A DNA stretch of 64,000 nt from Alphaproteobacteria bacterium. GTDB taxonomy: Bacteria > Pseudomonadota > Alphaproteobacteria > UBA828. This document shows positions 42,956 to 52,982 of this stretch, piece after piece (positions within the stretch are counted from its first letter, which is position 1; every line of letters begins with the position of its first letter). The DNA is taken from contig CBDCCI010000002.1 in assembly GCA_965214705.1 (NCBI GenBank), forward strand, positions 1,696,001 through 1,760,000, given 5' to 3'. A model generated the notes under the pieces. It did no database searches and was not told where the DNA came from. It saw only the letters and a list, made by a program, of their open reading frames with translations. The position numbers and the translations under genes were made by a program.

Positions 42956-43130
42956 CAGGACTATCCCACGCTGGCCGAGCATCCGCTCCAGGGGTGGGTC
43001 GGGGCGATCCCATCCGTGCCGTGATGGCGGTCTGTGGGCTCTGTGGGCGTCGCCAATCGGCCATATCTCGTTCGGAACCCGTCATCCGGGCGACCGATTC
43101 CGGTCTGGGCCGTAGCGTGGGATCACCCTG
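42956..43130. mobile_element. 175-bp MITE with ISAs1-type ends
   Basis: CAGGACTATCCCACGCT...AGCGTGGGATCACCCTG; 10-bp TSD GACCTCCCTC (42946-42955, 43131-43140). Confidence 0.9.
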
Positions 43131-43140
43131 GACCTCCCTC

Positions 43141-43362
43141 TCCGGCCCGTGTCCATCGCCTCGCCAACCCTCGGCACGCCGGGGGCGAGCGGTCATGCCC
43201 AGATGAAGCCGTGCTCGACCCTCAGCGGCCAGGAGGACCGCTATACGGCGGCACCATGGTGGCCAAATCCGTTGCCCAGCCCCCGCAACGACCGCACCAA
43301 AGCGGGTGGACCATGATTGGGTGCCGCGAAGCAGCGACGAAAATCAGAACGAATTTGTCGCG
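43141..43362 (+). repeat. Relic right end of a DUF4338-ISAs1-type element
   Basis: Colinear with 30975-31201. Confidence 0.75.
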
Positions 43363-43364
43363 CC

Positions 43365-43570
43365 TAACAATGGCCATCGGGGTGTTCGGCCAAGCCATCG
43401 GCGCGCCGGGATGGGCTGACATGCCGCTCGTGGGCGGGCGCTTCGCCACCGGCGCCGCCGGCACGGACTACATAGCCGGCGCCTTCCGCGGGCCTGACCA
43501 GGAGGAGGTCTGGGGCGTGCTCGACACCGGGGCGTATGTCGGCGCGTTCGGGGCCAGGCGGGAGCGCTGA
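43365..43570 (+). pseudogene. C-terminal beta-barrel fragment of a TbpB-like surface lipoprotein
   Basis: IAGAFRGPDQEEVWGVLDTGAYVGAFGARR matches the G-x-F-x-GP..E..G..GAFGAK pattern. Confidence 0.5.
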
Positions 43571-43592
43571 ACGGCAGGGCCGTATCGATTGC

Positions 43593-44738
43593 CTACATGC
43601 CGATGATGTCTGCGATGGCCTTTCCGACCCTCTCGGCCGCCGCTTCGATGTCACGATCGCCGAGGTGGGCATACCGCAGAGTCATGCGGACGTTGGCGTG
43701 ACCGAGAAGGCGGGAGACGACGGGGACCGGCACGCCCTTCATCACGGCGTGGCTGGCATGGGTATGCCGGAGATCGTGAAGGCGGACGTCCTCGATGCCG
43801 GCCTCGCGGCGCACCCGGGACCAGAGCCCGAGATTATCTCCGAGCGGCCGCGCCGGATCGCGCGGCGAGGGAAACACGAAGGCGCTCCCCTGCCGCGGTT
43901 GCCGTTCGATGATTCTCCGGGCATGGGAGTTGAGCGGAACCTTTCGCGGTCCGGTCTTGGCTTCGGCCAGCATCAGCGCGTCGCCCTGGACCTCGGACCA
44001 GCGGAGGCGCACGATCTCGCCCTTGCGGCAGCCGGTCAGCAGCAGAAGCCGGACGATGTCGGCCTGCTGTCGGTCGCTCTCGCGGGGTAGTCCGTCGAGC
44101 GCCCGGTGCAGGCGGCCGATCTCCTCGCGGGACAGGAAGCGGGTGAGCGGCTGGCGGCGGTTCCCCTTGATGCCGCGCGTCGGGTTGGCGTCGATGTAGC
44201 CGCAGGCCATGGCGAAGTTCATGATCTGCCTGAGAAGCTTGAGGGCGCTGTTGGCATTGCCCGGCGCAGTCCGGCTGAACGCATGGAACCATTGCGCGGC
44301 CTGAGCCGGGGTGATGCGGTCGAGCGGCTTCGATCCGAAGGCGGGCAGGATGCGGCCTTCAAGCACGGAGCGGACGCCCCGTTTCGTGGACGGCTTGTAT
44401 CGGTCGAAATGAGCCTGCTTCCACTCGTTTGCGACGAAGTCCCGCATCAGCGGCGCAGCGCGCGTCGGCGCGGCCTCCCTGTCGGGCTCGGGGCCGGCCT
44501 GCCGGGCGAGGCACTCGCGGCGCGCCTCGGCGACGCTCGCGGTCTCCACCGGGCCGAGCGACACGCGTCTCGATCCGCCCGCGGATTGCCGCAGGAGAAC
44601 CCAGCTCTTCCCGCCGGTGGGCCTGACCCGGACGCCGAGCCCCGGCGCGCGGCTGTCCCATACGGTATATTCCCGCTCGCGGGGCCGCAGGCGGGCAACG
44701 GCGGCGTCGGTGAGGCGCATGCGTTTTCTGCCGGACAT
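43593..44738 (-). CDS. Arm-type tyrosine recombinase B (381 aa)
   Basis: Arm-binding N-terminus LTDAAVARLRP..WDSRAPGLGVRV; TGCRKGEI, KTGPR, HDLRHT, LLGH, TLRY. Confidence 0.95.
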   Translation of the reverse strand: MSGRKRMRLTDAAVARLRPREREYTVWDSRAPGLGVRVRPTGGKSWVLLRQSAGGSRRVSLGPVETASVAEARRECLARQAGPEPDREAAPTRAAPLMRDFVANEWKQAHFDRYKPSTKRGVRSVLEGRILPAFGSKPLDRITPAQAAQWFHAFSRTAPGNANSALKLLRQIMNFAMACGYIDANPTRGIKGNRRQPLTRFLSREEIGRLHRALDGLPRESDRQQADIVRLLLLTGCRKGEIVRLRWSEVQGDALMLAEAKTGPRKVPLNSHARRIIERQPRQGSAFVFPSPRDPARPLGDNLGLWSRVRREAGIEDVRLHDLRHTHASHAVMKGVPVPVVSRLLGHANVRMTLRYAHLGDRDIEAAAERVGKAIADIIGM

Positions 44739-44741
44739 GGC

Positions 44742-45866
44742 TCATGTTCCCCCCAGCGCGTCGCCGACGGTCTCGGCGGCCTCGGCGATCATGCTGTCGG
44801 CGAGATGAATGTATTTGAGGGTGGTCTCGGGGCTGGCGTGGCCGAGCAGGCGGGCGATGGCGAGGACGGTCTCGCCGCTCCGCAGGGCGATGCTGGCATA
44901 GGTATGGCGGAGGTCGTGAAGGCGCACATCCGCCAACCCGGCCTCGGCGCGAAGCTCGCGCCAGAATGTGTCGAGCCAGACGGCGCCCCGCGGCCCTCCG
45001 GTGCGGGGCGCCGGGAAGACCCACCGCCCGGTCCGCTCGATGCGGTCGAGGACGTTCCGCGCCGGGCTGGAGAGCCAGACGGTTCGGGGACCCGTCTTGC
45101 TGTCGCGCAGGAAGAGACGGCCTTCGCGATAGTCGGACCAACGCAGCGTCAGGATCTCGCCCTTGCGGCACCCCGTGAGGAGAAGAAGGCGGATCGCCGC
45201 GACCTGAAGCGGCTGCCCGTCGGCATGAGCGGACAACACCGTGGAGAGGCGGCGGATCTCGCCGTCGGACAGGAAGCGCTCGCGCCCCTTGCGGCGGTAG
45301 CGCCGGATGCCTCGGCAGGGGTTGGAGCCCTCGGGACGAAGGCCCATGGTTTCCGCCTCGCGCATGATGACCGAGAGAACCGGCATGGACCTGTCTGCTG
45401 CGACCGGGGTCGCACGCAGGGCAAGGAACCAGTCGCGGACGTCCTGAGCGCCGATGTCGGCGATCTGCCGTCCCGAGAAATGAGGCAGGATCCGGCTGCG
45501 CAGGTAGCGGCGGTTGACGTTGAGGGTTCCGGTCTTCCAGAGGTGGCGGTGACGCTCGAACACGGTCTCGGCGACGGCCTCGAAGAGGGTTTCGGCGGAA
45601 TCGCGGGGGACTTCCTCGCCCCGCCGCATGGCGGCGAGCGTCTCGCGCGCGCAAGAGCGCGCGTCGTCCACGCTCATGGTCCCGGCGTCGCCTATGATCT
45701 TCCAGACCCGCTCGCCGCGGTGCTGGCAGTGGACGAAAAAGCGCTTGCGTGCGGAGGGCAGGATCCGGACGCCGAAGCCCCTGAGGGCACCGTCGCGGAG
45801 GTCGTAGGTGGCCTTGCGGGGCTTGAGCCTGCGGACGCGGGCCTCGGTGAGGGTGATCCTGGGCAT
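44742..45866 (-). CDS. Arm-type tyrosine recombinase A (374 aa)
   Basis: LTEARVRRLKP..RDGALRGFGVRI; TGCRKGEI, KTGPR, HDLRHT, LLGH, TLKY. 3 bp upstream of B. Confidence 0.95.
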   Translation of the reverse strand: MPRITLTEARVRRLKPRKATYDLRDGALRGFGVRILPSARKRFFVHCQHRGERVWKIIGDAGTMSVDDARSCARETLAAMRRGEEVPRDSAETLFEAVAETVFERHRHLWKTGTLNVNRRYLRSRILPHFSGRQIADIGAQDVRDWFLALRATPVAADRSMPVLSVIMREAETMGLRPEGSNPCRGIRRYRRKGRERFLSDGEIRRLSTVLSAHADGQPLQVAAIRLLLLTGCRKGEILTLRWSDYREGRLFLRDSKTGPRTVWLSSPARNVLDRIERTGRWVFPAPRTGGPRGAVWLDTFWRELRAEAGLADVRLHDLRHTYASIALRSGETVLAIARLLGHASPETTLKYIHLADSMIAEAAETVGDALGGT

Positions 45867-47862
45867 GAATTTGCTCCCGGCTGCGGTTGCAGGCGGGGAA
45901 CGGCCGGTCTCCGGATTGGCCCCGCTGCAACAAGTGTCAGGAGAAAAAACGACCCTGTGTCAGACAGTTAGCACCGAAGGTGCGTAGGGTGGTGTTCGAC
46001 ATCCTCTTCCGGGCCGTCGCCGAGACCCTGCGCACCATCGCCGCCGATCCCCGCCACGGCGGCATGCGCATCGGCGGCACCGCGGTCCTCCATACCTGGG
46101 ATCAGAAGCTCCGCTTCCACCCGCACCTGCACGTGGTCGTGCCCAACGCGGGCTTCGACGTAGACAGTGGCGAGTGGAAGACGGGGAGCACCACCTTCCT
46201 CGCCCCCGTCAAGGTCCTCGGCAGCCTGTTCCGCCGCCTCTTCCTCAAGGAGCTCGCCCGCGCCCACGGCCGGGGGGACCTGGAGTTCCACGGCACCCTC
46301 GCCCACCTCGCCAATCCCGGCGAGTTCCACGCCACGCTTGCCGCCGCCCGGGCCAGGGACTGGGTGGTCTACGCCAAGCGGCCCTTCCGCGGGCCTGAGC
46401 AGGTCTTCCGGTACCTCTCGCACTACACGCACAGGATCGCCATCTCCGACAGCCGCATCGTCTCCTTCGACGGCGAGACGGTCTCCTTCCGCCACCGAAA
46501 GCCCAAGGCGCCGGGGCAGAGAAAGCCGCGCTACGGCATCGCCACCGTGAGCGCCGACGAGTTCATCCGCCGCTTCCTGAGGCACGTCCTGCCGGACGGC
46601 ATGCACCGCACTCGCTACTTCGGCATCCTCGCCAACGGCTGCCGCGCCAGCACGCTGGAGAGAGCACGCCAGGCTCTCGGCGCCCTCGGCTGCGCCGCCC
46701 CCGAGGGAAGCGTGGACGGCGCTCGGGCCGAGCCCGACGAAGAGCCCGAGATCGGCACCGCGCCCGTGGCCTGCCCCCACTGCGGCGGCGTCATGCGCCT
46801 CGTCCGCGAAATCCGCCGCCGCCATGAGCCCCGCTCGACGCGCGGCCCGCCGGCGCTGCCGCCGACCCACAGGGGGAAACCGTGAGACGCCCGCTCGCTT
46901 CGGCCCCGCGCAACGGCGCCAAAGCGCCGACGCACGACCGAACCTGTCTCCGCTTGAGCCGGGCTGACAGCCCTCGGCTCACACCCCGCTCAGTCCTCGC
47001 AGCGTGCGCCCGCATGCCTGCCGAAAGACCGGCGCGAGCGTCGATTTTATGCGCAACTCTGCTGCCGGTGGATGCCGCCTGACGCTGACATCAGCGCACT
47101 TTCCACATAGCTCAACTTCGCCTCTCGTGGCCCGCGGCTTCGTTCAAAAGGGTTGGGCAGGCTCTCGAGAGAGAGCCTGCCCAACCCTTAACCTTGAACA
47201 GCGACAGCTGCTGGTGCCCGTGCACGGCATCGCAGGTGTCGTCGATATCCAGCGTGATGGCGGCGGGTGGGGCTGAGAAGGAGCGGCAGAAGAGATCGAC
47301 CAGGGCGGCCGTCATGCGCGCCACCTCGATGCGAGACGGAGCGTTCTCCAGGCGGCTCATGGTGGGCTGGGAACAGAGATCGCGGCCGTTCTCCGGCGCC
47401 CGGCCTGAGGCCAGCTTGAACAGAGGGTCCGCGCGCAGCGTGTCGCAGTCGTCGGCGTCCTCGTACCCGCAGGCGATGGCCAACATGCGAAAGCGGAGCA
47501 TGGCCGAGAGCGAGTGGATCACCTGCGCCTGATTGCGCCGGTCCCGGATGCAGCCCGCCAGGGTCTCGGCGAGACGCAAGCGGCGTTCCGCTTCGCGCAG
47601 CAGGACGAGGCCGCCGTCAGACGAGATCAGGCCGCCGTCGAAGGCGGCGCTCACCTTCTTGCGCGCGACGGCTGGCAGATCGAAGGGGAGAAGGCTATCG
47701 TCGGTCATGGCGGGCGTGGCGTGGCGTGGCTCGGAGAGGAAGACGCTCGGACAACGAATTCCTACCCGATGGCAACGGCTTACGCTACGTTCGCCACCCC
47801 AAAATCAGACCTGCCATGAATAATCCGGGCTAGAGTGGCGGCGCGGCAAGGCGAGGGCGCGG

Positions 47863-50800
47863 ATGAGGGGCGAGGAGCTGGTCTTTTTCGGATGGCCCGA
47901 TCTGGCCGGCCTCATGCGCGGGCGCGGATTCCCGGCGGCCGATCTCGACCAACGCCTTTTGAACGAAGCCGCTACGCGGAGTTAGCGGCGTAGAGTTCAT
48001 TCATTTCCGAGGCGTCGCGGGTGCCGTTTGTTCTGTGCGTTCGCTTCCCGGTTGCGTCAGTGGCGCTCCGCCCGTCGGGTGGCGGATCCCCAGCAGCCTC
48101 CCGATCACCAGTGGTTAGTATCGACCCCTGCGACGGACCGTCGCCGGATCGGTCCGGCGGCGCGCCGTCGCGATCCAGGGAGATCGATAATGACCGGGAC
48201 CGCGTGCGACACGAACACCGTCACCCCTCTTCGCCAGCGCATGGAGGAGCAGCTCCGCATCGCCAATCTGGCCGCGAGCACGTCCAAGGCCTACATCTGC
48301 GAGATCAAGAACCTGGCCAGGTACTACGACGCCTCGCCGGACGAGCTCGACGCCGAGCAGGTGCGCCAGTGGTACCTGGGGCGGATCGACAAGGGGCTCA
48401 GTCCGGGCACGACCAACGTCTCCTTCGCCGCGCTGAACTTCCTCTACATCGACACACTCGGCTGGCCTGACCATGTCGCCGGCCTGCGCTCCCGCAAGAA
48501 GCCCGGCAAGCTGCCGCGCTACATGTCGGAGCAGGAGGTCGAGCACCTCATCCTTGCGACACCCGACCTCCGCCACCGTGCTGCCATTGTCACCGGCTAT
48601 GGCGGCGGGCTCCGCATCTCCGAGACCTTGGCCATCAAGGTCGGCGACATCCTGTCGGAGAAGAAGCTGCTGCACATCCCCTCCGGCAAAGGCGGCACCG
48701 AGAGAATGGCACCGTTGCCGGACATCGTCATCCACTACTTGCGCGTCTACTACAGGAACATCTGGCCGCGTCCGACGAGCTGGCTCTTCTACGGCGTCTC
48801 GCTCGACAGGCCCATCGCAACGGAGACCTTGCAGGCCGCCTTCAGGAGGGCGCGCGACATTGCCGAGCTCGACCGCAGCTACACCTTCCATTGCCTGCGC
48901 CATTCGGCGGCGACCCATCTCCTCGAGCGCGGCGGCGATATCGAGGTGATCCGGGACATGCTCGGCCATCGAAGCGCGAACACGACCCGTCACTACGCCC
49001 GCGTCACCGGCAAGATGTTCGAGGGCCTCGACCACCCGATCTCAGGCTTCGCAGCGTTGCGCAACTGACGGCGCGTGGAGGCCGAACGCGCGGGCGTGGC
49101 GGAGATCTTCCGCCGCGCCGGCGCCGCTTTCCGTGAGCGCCACAAAGGGCGCATCGACGCCGCCCGGCTCAAGGTCATGGGCGCCATCGAGGCGTGCCGC
49201 ACCGCCGTGCTCGGCGGCCACATGTACGCCTGCGAGGGCTGCGGGCGCGAGCATCCGCTCTCCAACTCCTGCCGCAACCGCCACTGCCCCACCTGCCAGG
49301 GTCTCGCCGCCAACCTCTGGAGCGAGGAGCGCGCCGGGGACATCCTGCCGGTGCCCTACTTCCATGTGGTCTTCACCCTGCCCAAGGAGGTTGCCGCCAT
49401 TGCCTTCTGCAACCGCAGGGTGGTGTTCGACATCCTCTTCCGGGCCGTCGCCGAGACCCTGCGCACCATCGCCGCCGATCCCCGCCACGGCGGCATGCGC
49501 ATCGGCGGCACCGCGGTCCTCCATACCTGGGATCAGAAGCTCCGCTTCCACCCGCACCTGCACGTGGTCGTGCCCAACGCGGGCTTCGACGTAGACAGTG
49601 GCGAGTGGAAGACGGGGAGCACCACCTTCCTCGCCCCCGTCAAGGTCCTCGGCAGCCTGTTCCGCCGCCTCTTCCTCGAGGAGCTCGCCCGCGCCCACGG
49701 CCGGGGGGACCTGGAGTTCCACGGCACCCTCGCCCACCTCGCCAATCCCGGCGAGTTCCACGCCACGCTTGCCGCCGCCCGGGCCAGGGACTGGGTGGTC
49801 TACGCCAAGCGGCCCTTCCGCGGGCCTGAGCAGGTCTTCCGGTACCTCTCGCACTACACGCACAGGATCGCCATCTCCGACAGCCGCATCGTCTCCTTCG
49901 ACGGCGAGACGGTCTCCTTCCGCCACCGAAAGCCCAAGGCGCCGGGGCAGAGAAAGCCGCGCTACGGCATCGCCACCGTGAGCGCCGACGAGTTCATCCG
50001 CCGCTTCCTGAGGCACGTCCTGCCGGACGGCATGCACCGCATTCGCTACTTCGGCATCCTCGCCAACGGCTGCCGCGCCAGCACGCTGGAGAGAGCACGC
50101 CAGGCTCTCGGCGCCCTCGGCTGCGCCGCCCCCGAGGGAAGCGTGGACGGCGCTCGGGCCGAGCCCGACGAAGAGCCCGAGATCGGCACCGCGCCCGTGG
50201 CCTGCCCCCACTGCGGCGGCGTCATGCGCCTCGTCCGCGAAATCCGCCGCCGCCATGAGCCCCGCTCGACGCGCGGCCCGCCGGCGCTGCCGCCGACCCA
50301 CAGGGGGAAACCGTGAGACGCCCGCTCGCTTCGGCCCCGCGCAACGGCGCCAAAGCGCCGACGCACGACCGAACCTGTCTCCGCTTGAGCCGGGCTGACA
50401 GCCCTCGGCTCACACCCCGCTCAGTCCTCGCAGCGTGCGCCCGCATGCCTGCCGAAAGACCGGCGCGAGCGTCGATTTTATGCGCAACTCTGCTGCCGGT
50501 GGATGCCGCCTGACGCTGACATCAGCGCACTTTCCACATAGCTCAACTTCGCCTCTCGTGGCCCGCGGCTTCGTTCAAAAGGGTTGGGCAGGCTCTCGAG
50601 AGAGAGCCTGCCCAACCCTTAACCGAAACCGGCATCGGCTGGGTGCCGGTGGCGCAGGCGATCGGCCCGCTCTCGACGCTGGCGCCGAGCCCGTGGGGTG
50701 CGCTGGGGGATGTCTGGCTGGTCGCCGACCGGGAGGCCCACGCCAGGGTCGACCTGTGGCCGGAGCAGCCGCCGTTCCACGCCTACATCTGCGATGGCAT

Positions 50801-51842
50801 CGCGCCGGACGGTGCGCCCTGGGAGGCGTGTCTCAGAGCCTTGCTGCGGCGTGCGCTTGACGCCCTCGAGCAAGAGTTCGGCCTGCGGCTCATGGCTGCC
50901 TTCGAGCAGGAGTTCTATCTGGTGGAGGGGCTGGAGCGGCTCGGACCCAACTACAGTATCATCGCCCACGAGCAGGCATTGGGTTTCGGCGCCGTGCTGG
51001 TGGCGGCGTTGCGCGCGGCGGGGCTGGAGCCCGAGACCTTCGAGCCGGAAGGAGGGCCCGGCCAGTACGAGGTGAACTGTCGCCCTGTGCTCGGCCTCGC
51101 CGCCGCAGACCGGGCACTGCTGGTGCGCGAGCTCGTGCGCGCCGTCGCAACGCGCGAAGGGTACCGCGCGACCTTCACGCCGATGATCGCGGCGCAGGGT
51201 TTTGGGAACGGCGTTCACGTGCACTTCAGCCTGCAGGACCTCGACGGCGCGCCGGTCTCGCACGATCCGGCTCAGCCGGCGGGTGTGGCGGCGCAGGCCG
51301 GCAGCTTCGTCGCGGGGATCATGCGCCGGCTGCCCGCGCTCGCGGCGTTCACGGCGCCCTCGCCGGTCTCCTACCTGCGGCTCGCGCCGGGCCATTGGGC
51401 GGGCGGGGCCGCGGCCTTCGGCGCCGACAACCGCGAGGCGGCGCTCCGCATCTGCGCCGGCCGGCATGGGCCCGGCGGGGTCGACCCTGGCCAGTACAAC
51501 TTCGAATTTCGCCCGGCCGATGCCGCCGCTTCGCCCCACGTGACGCTGGCCGTGCTGGTCCAGGCGGGGCTCGAAGGCCTGCGCGAGGACCTGCCGACAC
51601 CGCCGCTGGTCGAGCGCGATCCGTCCGATCTGAGCGATGAGGAGCGCGAGGCGCTCGACGTGCGCTGGCTGCCACGCTCGCTGGAGGAGGCGCTGGCGGC
51701 GGCGGGGGCCGACGAGGCGGTGCACGGCTGGTTTTCCGATCCGCTCTGGCAGGCCTATGTTTCGCTCAAGCGCCATGAACTCGCGGCGGCGGGCGAGCTT
51801 TCCCCCGACGCCGTAATTCGGAGTTATCTCGATGCCTATTAG
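47863..51842 (+). pseudogene. Glutamine-synthetase-like (gamma-glutamyl ligase) gene interrupted after codon 32
   Basis: MRGEELVFFGWPDLAGLMRGRGFPAADLDQRL (47863-47958) | ETGIGWVP (50625 onward); AFEQEF, EGGPGQYE, GNGVHVHFS, NREAALR, FEFRPAD. Confidence 0.92.
47959..50624 (+). mobile_element. Tyrosine recombinase + IS91-like element, copy 4 (recombinase 48190-49068; transposase 49075-50316)
   Basis: 2,666 bp; inserted precisely in CTT|GAA with no duplication. Confidence 0.96.
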
Positions 51843-52974
51843 CGACATCACCGCAACGCTGCCGCTGGTCGACCATCACTGCCATGGTCTCTTTCCCGTG
51901 GACCTGGATGACGAGCGACTCGCCGATTCGCTGAGCGAGGCGTTTGCGCCGGCGCCTCCCGGCACGAACCACTGGGACAAGCCGGTGGCGCTGAGCGTCC
52001 GGCGCTGGTGCGCGCCGCTGCTGGACCTGGAGCCGTTCTGCGCACCGGCGGCGTATGCCGAGCGCCGCCGGGTGATCGGCGCAGCGGAGGTGAACCGGCG
52101 CTTCCTCGCCGCATCGGGGATCGGCACCTATGTCGTGGACAGCGGCAACCGGCCGGAGGAGCTCTGCAGCGTCTCCGAAGTGGGCGCGATCGCCGGGGCG
52201 CCGGCGCGGGAGATCGTGCGCATGGAATCCGTCGCCGAGCGCGTCGCGCAGGGCGGCGTGTCGGCGGCGGGCTTCGCGCAGGCGTTCGAGACGGCGTTGC
52301 GCGCCTCACTCGGTGAGGAGGTGGTGGGTCTCAAGTCGATCCTGGCCTACCGCGCGACGCTCCGCATCGACTACGCGAAGCCCACGCCTGCCGAGGTCGA
52401 GGCGGCAGCAGGACGCTGGCTCGCCGAGATCGAGCAGACCGGCACGGTGCGCCTCACCGACCCGGTGCTCGAGCGGCACCTGATCTGGACCGGAGCCGAC
52501 ATCGCGCGCGAGCGGGGCTTCCCGATCCAGTTCCACATCGGCATTGGCGATCCCGACATCGAGCTGCACCGCGTGGACCCCAGCCATCTCACGCCCTGGA
52601 TCAAGGCGGTGGAGCCCTGGGGCTTTCCCATCACGCTGCTGCACTGCTACCCCTTCCACCGCGAAGCGGGCTTGATGTCGGAGAACTTCCCGCAGGTCTA
52701 TTTCGACGTGGGTTTCGCGCTGAACTGGGTGGGGCCGAGCTATCAGCGGATCATGGACGAGGCGCTGGAGCTCGTGCCTTTCACGAAGCAACTCTTCAGC
52801 ACCGACGCCTTCGGCCTCGCGGAGCTCTACTACCTGGGCGCGCTGCGCTTCCGCACCGCGCTCGCCCGCGCGCTCGGGCGCTGGGTGGAAGACGACGAGT
52901 GCTCGGTGGCGGACGCCGAGCGCATCGCGGCTCTGATCGGCGTCGAGAACGCCCGGCGCATCTACAAGGTCTAG
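51832..52974 (+). CDS. Amidohydrolase family protein
   Basis: LVDHHCH, GLKSILAYR, IQFHIGIGD, LLHCYPFHREA, LFSTDA. Confidence 0.9.
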   Translation: MPISDITATLPLVDHHCHGLFPVDLDDERLADSLSEAFAPAPPGTNHWDKPVALSVRRWCAPLLDLEPFCAPAAYAERRRVIGAAEVNRRFLAASGIGTYVVDSGNRPEELCSVSEVGAIAGAPAREIVRMESVAERVAQGGVSAAGFAQAFETALRASLGEEVVGLKSILAYRATLRIDYAKPTPAEVEAAAGRWLAEIEQTGTVRLTDPVLERHLIWTGADIARERGFPIQFHIGIGDPDIELHRVDPSHLTPWIKAVEPWGFPITLLHCYPFHREAGLMSENFPQVYFDVGFALNWVGPSYQRIMDEALELVPFTKQLFSTDAFGLAELYYLGALRFRTALARALGRWVEDDECSVADAERIAALIGVENARRIYKV

Positions 52975-52982
52975 GCGTGCCG

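Larger units (their letters stand above)
25120..45985 (-). mobile_element. 20,866-bp dual-tyrosine-recombinase transposon / integrative element
   Basis: Flanked by direct repeat AGGGTGGTGT (25110-25119, 45986-45995). Inverted subterminal motif at 25163-25180 and 45938-45955. Two integrases abut the right end. Confidence 0.85.
23652..47193 (+). mobile_element. Tyrosine recombinase + IS91-like element, copy 3; transposase split (24768-25119 / 45996-46885) by a 20.9-kb insert
   Basis: 23,542 bp = 2,666 + 20,866 + 10-bp duplication. Confidence 0.94.
15599..47829 (-). mobile_element. IS1380-family element split into three pieces (15599-16485, 23562-23651, 47194-47829)
   Basis: IRs CCCGACCTATTCATGG / CCATGAATAATCCGGG, CTAG TSD at 15595-15598 and 47830-47833. 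Transposase 47708->15750 reads continuously (FDGGLISSDGG..QQLSLF|NAHYDT..LRPGK|TPSG..RGDSHY..YCARGQAENLIK) once the inserts are removed. Confidence 0.93.

Noticed and set aside
44106-45971. Long antisense or alternate-frame ORFs (also 4663-6171, 17569-19239, 37048-38553, 40887-42563, 60985-62592)
   Set aside because: Shadow ORFs of real genes in high-GC DNA, with no motifs.
45971-45995. dif/XerCD site (GGTGCG..)
   Set aside because: Only the first 6-7 bases resemble the XerC arm; no XerD arm (TTATGTTAAAT) follows.
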